NCBI GenBank assembly: GCA_963710755.1
Contig: CAVQBK010000006.1
Span: 64,001-128,000, forward strand
Reading direction: 5' to 3'
From: an uncultured bacterium
Lineage (GTDB): Bacteria > Oederibacteriota > JAAXVQ01 > JAUVAV01
Length of the DNA stretch: 64,000 bases
Shown: in pieces, positions 51,314 through 60,637 of the stretch
Position numbering within the stretch: the first letter of the stretch is position 1
Layout of the letters: each line of letters opens with the position of its first letter
Notes under the pieces: generated by a model
The model's database searches: none
The model's input: the letters and a program-made list of their open reading frames with translations, nothing else
Told to the model about the DNA's origin: nothing
Translations under genes and position numbers: made by a program

Positions 51314-51571
51314 ATTTTCCTTTTAAATTAAACCAGCAGTTTATTCTCTGAACATGGGATATGGGGCTTTTTTCCTTTGGGTGGCGCGATGTCCCTAGTG
51401 TACTGCCAATATAAGGAGATTGCAATTTTTTTATGACCTGCACCTGAGATGCGTCAAGCGGGCCTGCTCAGCCATTGCCCAAACGCTTTTACCCTATCCG
51501 GACCAGGCGACTGCTTGACAGTCCCGGTTTTGAAGGGTACCATAAAGCAAATTCAGAACAAAGGACAGTGC

Positions 51572-52063
51572 ATGAACAGCCTGGATGTGGTTATTATCAT
51601 TGCCTTGATCTTCAGTTTCTTTCTGGGATGGAAACTACGGGCCCTACATTTGCTGGGCATGCTTTTGTCTCTGGTGGTGGGCATTTGGGCGGCCAATCAC
51701 TATCACCACTATGCCCAGGGGTTGGTCGCGGCTTTGGGCCCCACGTTCACCCCCATGGCCGCTTGGCTCCTGACCTTTTTGGCTGCCGCCATCGCGGTCT
51801 CCCTGGTGGTGACCGTGGTAGCGAAAACCTTTGATTTGATCCGCCTGCAGTGGCTGGACCGGTTATTGGGTGCCGGGTTATCCATGGTATTCATGCTGGG
51901 GCTGCTTTCGATTCTGTTGATCATGATCAATGTTATGGCCCAGGCCAACCACTGGGTTATTATGGATAAAAGCCTTTTGGCCAAACCGCTTTTAAATATC
52001 ACCAAGCCTCTGTTACAAAAAAAATTAAAGCAATACCCCTCAACACGCCAAGTCGTGCTGTGA
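51572..52063 (+). CDS. cvpA: CvpA family membrane protein
   Basis: MNSLDVVII.. and LDRLLGA motifs. Confidence 0.75.
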   Translation: MNSLDVVIIIALIFSFFLGWKLRALHLLGMLLSLVVGIWAANHYHHYAQGLVAALGPTFTPMAAWLLTFLAAAIAVSLVVTVVAKTFDLIRLQWLDRLLGAGLSMVFMLGLLSILLIMINVMAQANHWVIMDKSLLAKPLLNITKPLLQKKLKQYPSTRQVVL

Positions 52064-52292
52064 CGCGGCCTCCCGACCTCTTCTGCCAGCTTCAATAACC
52101 AAGGGGAAAGAAGAACAAGCCACAGCTCACACTGATTAAGCTACCAACAGCGTTATGCTATTGACTATTTCTATTCGTTCCCATGCCGAAGGCATAGAAT
52201 CGAGATCGCTTTGTGCCGTATCGGGCAACAGCAGGACTTTTTTTTGTTCCAACAGGAATTGAGTTTTGGGATTTCTTCAGGAAGTAAGGTTT

Positions 52293-53309
52293 TTAAAATT
52301 GCTCCAAAAAGCGTAAGTCATTCTCAAAAAAGTAGCGCATATGGTCAATGCCATACTTTAGGATGGTGATGCGTTCCACGCCCATGCCAAAAGCAAACCC
52401 AGTATAACGTTCCGGGTCAATGTTTCCTGATTTGAGCACATTGGGATGGACCATGCCCGCTCCCAAAATCTCCATCCACCCTGTGCCTTTGCACAGGTTA
52501 CACCCTTTGCCACCACAGTTGACACAGCTAATATCAATCTCCGCCGAGGGTTCGGTAAAAGGGAAAAATGCCGGCCGAAAGCGCAGGGACAACTTTTCTC
52601 CGAACATGGCCTTCACAAATTGAGTCAGCACTGATTTTAAATCGGAAAAGGACACCGCTTCATCGATCATCAGGCCTTCCACCTGGTGAAACATGGGTGA
52701 ATGGGAGGCATCGTCATCGCAACGGTAGGTTTTTCCCGGCATGATGGCCCGGATGGGAGGACTGGTTTTTTCCATCAGCCGCACCTGTACCGGAGAAGTA
52801 TGGGTACGAAGCAGGATTTTGTCGGTAATAAAAAAAGTATCATGTTCATCCCGCGAAGGGTGATCGGCAGGAAAATTCATGGCTTCAAAATTATAGTAGT
52901 CACTCTCTACTTCCGGCCCTTCCACGGTCATGAAGCCCATGGAGGTGAAGATGTCTTTGATCTCGTCAATGGTCTGATTGAGAATATGCAGGTGTCCGGT
53001 GGATGAAGGCCGGCCCGGCAAAGTCGGATCAGGCTGCAGGTCGCGATCAGCCATCCATTGCTGTTTTTTAAGGGTTTCCGTCTGTTGTTCCAGGAGGATG
53101 GTTAACTTATCCTTGATTTCATTGGCCCGCTGGCCTACCATGGGCCTTTCCTCGGGGGTCAAGTCTTTTAACCCATGGAGCACTTTGGTCAAGGCACCTT
53201 TTCGCCCCAGCACAGCAATACGCAAGTCCTCCAACTGCTTCAACTCCCGGGACGCTTCCACCGTGCTTTTGGTATCTTGGTAAAGTTTGTCCAACTGTTC
53301 CAATATCAC
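52293..53309 (-). CDS. pheS: Phenylalanine--tRNA ligase alpha subunit
   Basis: LRTHTSPVQ, FHQVEG, FPFTEPS and GFAFGMGVER motifs. Confidence 0.98.
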   Translation of the reverse strand: MILEQLDKLYQDTKSTVEASRELKQLEDLRIAVLGRKGALTKVLHGLKDLTPEERPMVGQRANEIKDKLTILLEQQTETLKKQQWMADRDLQPDPTLPGRPSSTGHLHILNQTIDEIKDIFTSMGFMTVEGPEVESDYYNFEAMNFPADHPSRDEHDTFFITDKILLRTHTSPVQVRLMEKTSPPIRAIMPGKTYRCDDDASHSPMFHQVEGLMIDEAVSFSDLKSVLTQFVKAMFGEKLSLRFRPAFFPFTEPSAEIDISCVNCGGKGCNLCKGTGWMEILGAGMVHPNVLKSGNIDPERYTGFAFGMGVERITILKYGIDHMRYFFENDLRFLEQF

Positions 53310-54136
53310 TGATAGCTCCTCCGCTTGCCCGCACTGAGACGACGCTGACGCACGGCCTCAAAAATCATTACTGCCCCGGCGGTGGCCACATTAAGCGATT
53401 CCATTTTCCCAGGCATGGGAATGGAGGCAGCCTGGGTGCATTTGTCCACCACGTGGGCCGGCAACCCTTGACCCTCCCCGCCCAGAACCAGCATGGTCGG
53501 TTTGGTAAAATCAATGGCGGTGTAAGGCCGTCCCTGCCTGGGAACGGCAGCTATGGTTTGCAGCTCCTTTTTGTGGGCTGATTCGATAACTCGGAGAGGA
53601 TCTTTTTGTTCGAAGACCGGACATTTATAGAATGCTCCTGCAGATGCCCGGACCGTCTTGGGCGCTGTTGCTTCGGCACAGTCAGGATCCAGCCAGCAGC
53701 CACGTCCATTGGCAGCGGCCAACGTTCTGAGAAGCGTGCCCACATTGCCCGGATCCTGTACCCCTACGGCCAACATGCCGAAAAAGGCTTGTTCCGGATT
53801 ATGCCGCCACACCACGTTTTCATGCCATTGTGGTTTGGCCACCACCGCCAGGACGCCTGCGGGGGTGTCGGTCTTGGACAGCATTTTCAATTGTACTGCA
53901 TTGGCCAAGGCGGTATGAATCCCGGCCGACCCGCACAAAGCCAGCCAATCGCCGCGCTTTTGCCAAAAACCGGCAGTGGCCACAATCGTCTCAATTTTTT
54001 GCCCGTTGTGCAGCGCTTCTTGAATAAAACGTTCGCCTTCCAGCAGGGTTAAATTGGTGGCCAGCCGCTCTTTTTTTGTTTGTAAGGCTTTGATTTTCCC
54101 GAATTTATTTTTTGATATCGCGGACAGGGTAGACAG
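53306..54136 (-). CDS. TrmH/SpoU family RNA methyltransferase (probable CTG start)
   Basis: QDPGNVGT, GGEGQG and ESLNV motifs; the frame stays open upstream through LLEGERF to CTG 54136, 8 nt after AAGGAG. Confidence 0.85.
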   Translation of the reverse strand: MSTLSAISKNKFGKIKALQTKKERLATNLTLLEGERFIQEALHNGQKIETIVATAGFWQKRGDWLALCGSAGIHTALANAVQLKMLSKTDTPAGVLAVVAKPQWHENVVWRHNPEQAFFGMLAVGVQDPGNVGTLLRTLAAANGRGCWLDPDCAEATAPKTVRASAGAFYKCPVFEQKDPLRVIESAHKKELQTIAAVPRQGRPYTAIDFTKPTMLVLGGEGQGLPAHVVDKCTQAASIPMPGKMESLNVATAGAVMIFEAVRQRRLSAGKRRSYQ

Positions 54137-54148
54137 GATAAACGCTCC

Positions 54149-54508
54149 TTATGCTGCCAAAGCCTGTTTGGCAATATTGGCAATTTCCGTGAAGGCTTGG
54201 CTGTTGTTGACTGCCAATTCCGCCAGCATTTTCCGGTCAATATCCACCAAAGCGGTTTTAAGTCCTTTGATAAATTGGGAGTAACTCATCCCGTTATCTC
54301 GGGCAGCAGCATTGATGCGCACGATCCAGATCCCGCGAAATTCCCTTTTTCTTTGTTTCCGGTCGCGGGTGGCATATTTCAGGCTGTGCCGAACCTGTTC
54401 CTGGGCCAACTGAAATTGGTTTTTCTTGGCGCCCCAATAGCCTTTAGCGGCTTTAAAGACTTTCTTTTTACGTGCCCTTGTGGTCACGCCACCTTTTACT
54501 CTAGGCAT
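54149..54508 (-). CDS. rplT: 50S ribosomal protein L20
   Basis: MPRVK..AKGY..WI.RINAA. Confidence 0.98.
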   Translation of the reverse strand: MPRVKGGVTTRARKKKVFKAAKGYWGAKKNQFQLAQEQVRHSLKYATRDRKQRKREFRGIWIVRINAAARDNGMSYSQFIKGLKTALVDIDRKMLAELAVNNSQAFTEIANIAKQALAA

Positions 54509-54556
54509 GGTAATCTTCCTCCTGTATTAATTCAACCTGCATATGGAAATCACGGT

Positions 54557-54754
54557 TTACAAATAAGGCAAAACCGTTTTAACATTGCGCGCTACATTAC
54601 CTTCCAGCTCTACGGTACCGCGCATTTGCCGCTTTCTTTTAGGATTTTTATCCCCCAGCAGATGCCGTCTTCCGGTGGCCATGGCCAACACTTTTCCGTT
54701 TTTCGTCACCCGGAACCGCTTGGCCGCTTTTTTCTTGGTTTTCAATTTAGGCAT
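54557..54754 (-). CDS. rpmI: 50S ribosomal protein L35
   Basis: MPKLKT..AAKRF..LPY. Confidence 0.95.
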   Translation of the reverse strand: MPKLKTKKKAAKRFRVTKNGKVLAMATGRRHLLGDKNPKRKRQMRGTVELEGNVARNVKTVLPYL

Positions 54755-54819
54755 GGTTAACTCCTCTCTCAACTAAACCGCTGCTGTCCATTTGTTTGAT
54801 TTAGGAATGTGATGGCTGC

Positions 54820-55344
54820 TTAAGCGGTGGCTTTTTCCAATTTCTTGGGGGCGATCATCATCACCATATTTCGGCCTTCCACTTTGGGCATGGATTCCAC
54901 CAGAATGTCATCGGTCAATTCCTGGATCAGACGGTCCAGCAAAGCCCGGCCTAATTCCAGATGGTCCATTTCCCTTCCTCGGTACATGATGGTAACCTTG
55001 ACCTTGTTGCCCCCGTGGATAAACCGCTCGATATGGCCCTTTTTGGTATTAAAGTCATGATCGTCTATTTTAGGCCTGAATTTTATTTCTTTAACGTGGA
55101 TCACGTGTTGTCGCTTGCGCGCTTCCTTTTCACGCTTTCCTTGGTCAAATTTATATTTGCCATAGTCAAATATCTTGCATACCGGTGGCCGGGCATCAGG
55201 GGAAACTTCGACCAGGTCCTGATTCTGACTCTCTGCCATAGCCAACGCTTCTGCCAATGGCATGACGCCCAACTGTTCGCCATCTGCACTGATCACTCTG
55301 ACTTCGCGGGCTTTAATTTGCTCATTGATCCGTTGTTCTTGAAT
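54820..55344 (-). CDS. infC: Translation initiation factor IF-3 (ATT start)
   Basis: INEQI, PPVCKI.DYGK and GRE motifs; GGAGG followed by ATT (55344, or 55347). Confidence 0.95.
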   Translation of the reverse strand: MQEQRINEQIKAREVRVISADGEQLGVMPLAEALAMAESQNQDLVEVSPDARPPVCKIFDYGKYKFDQGKREKEARKRQHVIHVKEIKFRPKIDDHDFNTKKGHIERFIHGGNKVKVTIMYRGREMDHLELGRALLDRLIQELTDDILVESMPKVEGRNMVMMIAPKKLEKATA

Positions 55345-55359
55345 AATATCACCTCCAAA

Positions 55360-55492
55360 AATAAAAAAAGCGGATGACATAGATCACCCGCTTAAAATCA
55401 CACCCTGTGACAGCCCCACCAGTGGAGCTTAAAACCTAAGCGAACAGCTCAATGGCGTTGCTTGGTGAGAAGCGGATGCTTCTACTTTAACG
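55360..55492 (-). promoter_or_regulatory. L20 leader (ribosomal protein autoregulatory RNA)
   Basis: AGTAGAAGCATCCGCTTCTCACC...AAGCGGGTGA..TCATCCGCTTTTTTT upstream of infC-rpmI-rplT. Confidence 0.8.
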
Positions 55493-55510
55493 CTATTTAA
55501 TTGTGGTAAG

Positions 55511-55539
55511 ACTATACGGCTGCGCAATAATAAAGTCAA
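55511..55539 (-). promoter_or_regulatory. Sigma70 promoter of the infC operon
   Basis: TTGACT-N17-TATAGT immediately upstream of the leader. Confidence 0.65.
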
Positions 55540-55780
55540 GATAAAAATATAAAACCAACTAGAAGGGCCAATGGTGACCTATTCAGTCCCTGCATCAAAA
55601 TTAGAAACACCAACTCCACGGCTGTCCCCTCAATCTCGGGCCGGCTCGAAAACAGTTAGCGGTATTTTTTTCCTCAAATCCAACCGCATTTCACCTCTTC
55701 TAGGAGTCTGTCGGACTTAAAATCATTAAAAACCTTATGTATGTTGCGTCTCCATTAATAACTGCATCTATATGCTTTTT

Positions 55781-55815
55781 CCCCCTTTTGCAAAGGGGGA
55801 TCAAGGGGGATTTGA
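55781..55815. repeat. Internal 35-bp inverted repeat, left copy
   Basis: Perfect reverse complement of 57551-57585; contains the hairpin CCCCCTTTTGCAAAGGGGG. Confidence 0.9.
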
Positions 55816-57180
55816 TTATACCTGAGATGATTTCAGCCCGTGCAGCCGCTTCATGTTCCAAGCCAGACAGACCAAAGTCCATTCGCTGCTGACAGCTTGC
55901 AAACCTCGCAGCATGAACTGGCGAAAGCCCATGGCAGATTTAATAATTCCAAATACCGGCTCAACCGTGCTTTTACGTCGGGCATACAGTTTTCGGCCAG
56001 CTGGCATTTGCAACCGCCGCTTCATTCTTTCCACCGCATCAGCACGTTCAGGCAACGGCGGTGGTCCTGAAAAACGTTTTTTTAGCGATGGGTAGTGTTG
56101 CTCCCGCCTGTTGGCAATATATGGTTTGATCCCCTTGGATTCGCAAAGTTTAACATTGCTTTGGCTAAAGTATCCGCTGTCTGCCACCAATGCTTTTGCC
56201 TTTCCCAGCTCTTCTGGAAGAGCGGTTAATTGCACAAGTGCAGGCTCAAGTTGTTCTTTATCATTGGTCGCTTGAGTAACATGCTCAGTGACTATCAACA
56301 TCGTTTCCATGTCCACCCCGGCTTGCGCATTATAAGCTTGTTCGAACCCGCCACCGGAAACAGGCATGATGCGCGACTCGCCGTCGGTCAGGTTAACCTG
56401 ATCTTTTGCTTGTGGGCCTTTATCGCTTGGCGGTTGTGGTTCTGGACCGCGGGATTTTTGACCTCTTTTATTTTCACGCTCACGACGCTCGGTCAGCTTC
56501 TGTTCATACTCTTTTTGGGCTTGTTGGTCACGTTCAACGGCTCGTTGCTTGATGGCTGCTTTGGTTTTGGCAATAGCAGCCAAGCGATCTTCGCGACGAG
56601 CCAGCTCATCGGGCAGGTTCATCCCGTCAGGCTGGTCGGCCTCATCGGCTGCTTCGGCCAGTTGCAATAGGCGATTCACTTCCGCCCGGAGTTGCTTCTC
56701 TATCTTGTTGGCATGTCCCCAGGAAAGGGCACGATGTTTTGATGCATTCGCATGAACCTTGCTCCCGTCCAAACTGATTTTACCGAGCTTCAATAGTTTC
56801 ATGTCCTGAGCCAGGACCAGGACTTGTACGAATAATGATTCCAATTCGGGGAGAAATCGTTTGCGGAATTGGGCTATTGTATCATGATCGGGATGGGTGT
56901 TTGCCGCCAGATAACGAAAAGCTATCGAATCATAAGTGCTGCGTTCCAGCTGACGGCTCGAGAATAGGCCCGTGGCATATCCATACACCAGCACAGCCAG
57001 CAACATTTCAGGATGATAGGCCGACGATTCCCGCCCCGCATATGATTCTTTTAACTTCGTCAAGTCAAGTTGGGCGACAATTTCCGTTACAAACCGCGCC
57101 AAATGATTGACTGGGAGCCAATCATTCAACGATGGCGGCAGTAAAAAATCCGTATCACGATCGCAGGGAACAAAACTCAT
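55816..57180 (-). CDS. IS1182 family transposase
   Basis: LLPPSL.DWLP..HLA, SSR.LE, PDH.TI..FR, DGSK, TD.ESR.M, ADSGY and VEPVFG motifs. Confidence 0.93.
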   Translation of the reverse strand: MSFVPCDRDTDFLLPPSLNDWLPVNHLARFVTEIVAQLDLTKLKESYAGRESSAYHPEMLLAVLVYGYATGLFSSRQLERSTYDSIAFRYLAANTHPDHDTIAQFRKRFLPELESLFVQVLVLAQDMKLLKLGKISLDGSKVHANASKHRALSWGHANKIEKQLRAEVNRLLQLAEAADEADQPDGMNLPDELARREDRLAAIAKTKAAIKQRAVERDQQAQKEYEQKLTERRERENKRGQKSRGPEPQPPSDKGPQAKDQVNLTDGESRIMPVSGGGFEQAYNAQAGVDMETMLIVTEHVTQATNDKEQLEPALVQLTALPEELGKAKALVADSGYFSQSNVKLCESKGIKPYIANRREQHYPSLKKRFSGPPPLPERADAVERMKRRLQMPAGRKLYARRKSTVEPVFGIIKSAMGFRQFMLRGLQAVSSEWTLVCLAWNMKRLHGLKSSQV

Positions 57181-57547
57181 AATGCCTCCCTGCTTTGCAG
57201 GCAAGCTTGAGCCAGGATTTGCTTCAAGACGCCTTCCGTGTTTATGAACACGTCGCGATCGGAAAAACGCAATATCTGCAAGCCTTGCGTTTTCAAATAA
57301 CGGTCACGTTCCGCATCGCGGAGGATTCCATCGTCGGTATAATGCTGACCGCCATCCAGTTCAATTACCAGGCTTGCTTTGGGACAGAAAAAATCCACGA
57401 TGTAGTTGCCGATGATTTTTTGCCGAATTGCAAACCGCCAATTTGTTTTCCGCGAAGCCGTTTCCATAGATGTTTTTCAGCTTCGGTCATGTTATTCCTG
57501 AGAACCTGCGAGTTTCGTTTGAGGCCGCGATGGTAGGTTAAAATCAT
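57177..57547 (-). pseudogene. DUF559 (Vsr-like) endonuclease, frameshifted near 57427
   Basis: LRNNMTEAE..LW..LR in one frame; RQK.IG.YIVDF.C..LVIELDGGQH..RD..L..G..LRF in another. Confidence 0.85.
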
Positions 57548-57550
57548 TTA

Positions 57551-57585
57551 TCAAATCCCCCTTGATCCCCCTTTGCAAAAGGGGG
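57551..57585. repeat. Internal 35-bp inverted repeat, right copy
   Basis: TCAAATCCCCCTTGATCCCCCTTTGCAAAAGGGGG. Confidence 0.9.
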
Positions 57586-57634
57586 GGACTTCGTTATTAT
57601 ACCATATCATCAAACGAAAAAGTCCGACAGGCTC

Positions 57635-58030
57635 CTAGGCCTGCAATTGATCCAAAATACCGTTTACAAAGGCGCCGGCCTCTTCATTGCTATATTTCTT
57701 AGCAATTTCAATGGCCTCGTTGATCACCACATTTTTTGGTACATCAGGACAACGCAATAATTCATAGGCCGCGATTCTTAAAATATTACGCTCAATGGCC
57801 GCAATACGCTCCATTTTCCAATGATGCGCCTTCTTGGAAATGAGCTGATCAAACATACTCTGCTCCTTAAGCACACCCATGGTAATCGATTTGGCGTAAT
57901 CTTTGACTTCATCAGCGGCGTTCTGGTTTTCAAGGAAATAGGCTACCACCGGTTTGGGGTCCAGTTTACCCACGTCCATTTGGAATAACATTTTCAGAGC
58001 AAATTCCCTCGACTGCCTGCGTGGACTCAT
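57635..58030 (-). CDS. nusB: Transcription antitermination factor NusB
   Basis: RR.SRE.A, INEAIE.AK.Y and FVNGILD motifs. Confidence 0.96.
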   Translation of the reverse strand: MSPRRQSREFALKMLFQMDVGKLDPKPVVAYFLENQNAADEVKDYAKSITMGVLKEQSMFDQLISKKAHHWKMERIAAIERNILRIAAYELLRCPDVPKNVVINEAIEIAKKYSNEEAGAFVNGILDQLQA

Positions 58031-58032
58031 TC

Positions 58033-58503
58033 TTAGCCTCTGCTTAGGGCATCGTTGAGGTTAACCATTTCAATGGCGGCCAAGGCGGCATTGAATCCTT
58101 TGTTGCCAGCTTTGGTGCCGGCGCGCTCAATAGCCTGCTCCAAGGTATCGGTGGTAATAATGCCATTGATAATAGGGACGCCTGTTTCCAGAGAAGCCTG
58201 CGCCACTCCTTTGGCGGATTCGGCGGCCACAATATCAAAATGTGGCGTTCCGCCGCGGATGACTGCACCCAAACACACAATGGCATCCGGTTTTTTAGAC
58301 TGGGCAATTCGTTTGGCAATAAAGGGAATCTCAAAAGCCCCGGGAACCCAGGCGACTTCCACATCCTCTTCCTTGGCTCCATGACGCAGCAAGGCATCTT
58401 TGGCTCCTTCCAGCAGCTGATGGGAAATAAAGTCATTGAACCGGCTGACCACTAAAACAAACTTCTTGTTGTTGGCAAGCAATTGGCCCTCATAAGTTTT
58501 CAT
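58033..58503 (-). CDS. ribH: 6,7-dimethyl-8-ribityllumazine synthase
   Basis: [20 protein letters not shown] and GNKG motifs. Confidence 0.97.
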   Translation of the reverse strand: MKTYEGQLLANNKKFVLVVSRFNDFISHQLLEGAKDALLRHGAKEEDVEVAWVPGAFEIPFIAKRIAQSKKPDAIVCLGAVIRGGTPHFDIVAAESAKGVAQASLETGVPIINGIITTDTLEQAIERAGTKAGNKGFNAALAAIEMVNLNDALSRG

Positions 58504-58630
58504 ACGTGCCTCCTTTGATATAATCATTAAATTCCTGGTTGAATAACTTTCGTTTTTCTGATGGTGTATTTTCCCCCGCCCGGAGCGTACCTTCTGCCCG
58601 CGCCGTCATTTGATGTCCGGCTCAACCGGT

Positions 58631-59830
58631 TTAGAGATTCAACAGGTGACCGAGCTTCTGTTTCTTGGTGCGAATATAATGCTCGTTGCATTCATTGGTC
58701 TGCATCTGAATGGAAACACGTTCAGCTATAGTCAATCCATAACCTTCAAGTCCCACAATTTTTCTGGGATTATTAGTCAATAAGCGTATTTTTTTCAACC
58801 CCAGATCCGCTAAAATTTGGGCGCCTGTACCATAGTCCCGCAGGTCCGCCTTGAATCCCAGGCTTTCGTTGGCCTCCACTGTGTCCATGCCTTGATCCTG
58901 CAGGTGATAAGCCTTGATCTTATTGGCTAGACCAATCCCGCGTCCTTCCTGGCGCATGTACAACAGCACCCCATAGCCATAGGCTTCAATCTGGCTAAGA
59001 GCGCTGTGCAATTGATCGCCGCAATCACAGCGCAAGGACCCCAACACATCTCCGGTCAGGCATTCGGAATGGACGCGGACTAAAGGCAGCTTTTTTTTAT
59101 TCTCGCCGATGGTACCTTTAACCAGGGCCAGATGTGGTCCTGGTTCTCCCATGGCCTCATAAGCAATCAAGCGAAAGGTACCATAAACAGAGGAAAAGTT
59201 TGCTTCCGCCACCCTCTCGATCAAACGTTCATGGCGGCGGCGATATTTTATCAAATCCGCAATAGAGATTATTTTTAAGTCGTGGTTTTTGGCAAAAACC
59301 CGCAATTGCGGCAGCCTGGCCATAGTGCCGTCATCATTCATGATCTCGCAGATCACCCCTGCCGGCGGCAGATTGGCCAGTTTGGCCAGATCCACGGCCG
59401 CTTCTGTATGGCCGGCTCGATGCAACACTCCGCCTTCATTGGCCCGTAGAGGGAAAACATGTCCGGGCCGCAATAAATCCAAAGGTTGGGCATCAGGGTT
59501 TATCAAGGTTTTAACGGTTTGAGCCCGGTCCTGAGCTGAGATGCCGGTGGTCACCCCTTCCCGGGCATCCACGGAAACCGTAAAGGCCGTGCGCAGACGA
59601 TCCGTATTTTCCTGTACCATGTGACCCAATTTCAAATGGTCCAACTGAGCACCGGTCATGGGAACACAAATCAAGCCCCGGCCATGTTTGGCCATAAAAT
59701 TGATGGACTTGGCCGTGGCCCGTGAAGCCGCCATCAATAAATCGCCTTCATTTTCACGGTCCGCATCGTCCACCACGACGATCATTTTACCTTTTTTAAT
59801 GTCTTTGATGGCGTCTTCTATTTTATCCAT
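58631..59830 (-). CDS. ribBA: Bifunctional DHBP synthase/GTP cyclohydrolase II
   Basis: [22 protein letters not shown] and QEGRGIG motifs. Confidence 0.97.
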   Translation of the reverse strand: MDKIEDAIKDIKKGKMIVVVDDADRENEGDLLMAASRATAKSINFMAKHGRGLICVPMTGAQLDHLKLGHMVQENTDRLRTAFTVSVDAREGVTTGISAQDRAQTVKTLINPDAQPLDLLRPGHVFPLRANEGGVLHRAGHTEAAVDLAKLANLPPAGVICEIMNDDGTMARLPQLRVFAKNHDLKIISIADLIKYRRRHERLIERVAEANFSSVYGTFRLIAYEAMGEPGPHLALVKGTIGENKKKLPLVRVHSECLTGDVLGSLRCDCGDQLHSALSQIEAYGYGVLLYMRQEGRGIGLANKIKAYHLQDQGMDTVEANESLGFKADLRDYGTGAQILADLGLKKIRLLTNNPRKIVGLEGYGLTIAERVSIQMQTNECNEHYIRTKKQKLGHLLNL

Positions 59831-59991
59831 GACTATTCAGTCTCGCTTTCTTCGCTCATTCAGGTTCACGGGCATTTTTAGCAGCTTGACAAGGTGATGA
59901 CAGGCCTTTGTATTATTGAAAAAGCGCTTTGGTAGGATACAGGCATGCCCGGCCCCGCGAGGGTCAACACCCTTTCCGCCGCGGCAGCTCA

Positions 59992-60633
59992 TTAATAACC
60001 ATATCTATTCAACAAAGCCTTACTCAGTCCTTGTCCCGCACTGCCCCCCTGTAATTGCTCCAAATATCTGGCCAAAATATCCACTTCCAAATGAACGGAC
60101 TGACCAGGTTGCCATGCCTGGGCAATGGTATGCTGATAAGTATGTGGAATCATGGCTACTGCAAACTGTCCCAAACCGGTTTTTTGGGCCACGGTTAGAC
60201 TAATACCATCGAGCGCTACTGATCCTTTTTCTGCGATGTATTTATCAAACTCAGCCGGTACGCTGAGCACAATCCGGTAAGCATCACCTTTGGCTTCCAA
60301 TAATTCAATTCGGGCCAATCCATCTACATGGCCGGTCACCAAATGGCCATCTAAAAGGGTATTCAAGGTCAGCGGCCTCTCCAAATTGACTTTTTTCCCT
60401 GGCTGCCATTGCTCAATGGTTGACCGTGCCAGGGTCTCAAAGACGGCTTGTACAGAAAAAACCTTATTACCCACAGCCGTAATGGTCAGGCATAGACCGT
60501 TTACCGCCATAGACTCTCCCAGCTTGACCTCTTCCTCGGTTAACAGGTCGCTTTCAATAGAAATGGTGCTTACATTGCCCTGACGTTCTATTTTTTTGAC
60601 TGTGCCCAATGCCTTGATCAAACCGGTAAACAT
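59992..60633 (-). CDS. ribE: Riboflavin synthase
   Basis: MFTG, GHLVTGHVD and KGSVALDGISLT motifs. Confidence 0.96.
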   Translation of the reverse strand: MFTGLIKALGTVKKIERQGNVSTISIESDLLTEEEVKLGESMAVNGLCLTITAVGNKVFSVQAVFETLARSTIEQWQPGKKVNLERPLTLNTLLDGHLVTGHVDGLARIELLEAKGDAYRIVLSVPAEFDKYIAEKGSVALDGISLTVAQKTGLGQFAVAMIPHTYQHTIAQAWQPGQSVHLEVDILARYLEQLQGGSAGQGLSKALLNRYGY

Positions 60634-60637
60634 GGCA

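Larger units (their letters stand above)
55704..57634 (-). mobile_element. IS1182-family insertion sequence with DUF559 passenger
   Basis: Terminal IRs GAGTCTGTCGGACTT / AAGTCCGACAGGCTC; CTAG flanks at 55700-55703 and 57635-57638. Confidence 0.85.

Noticed and set aside
55700-55882. 60-aa ORF at the IS end
   Set aside because: It spans the inner repeat and IR, overlaps the transposase out of frame and has no recognisable protein features.
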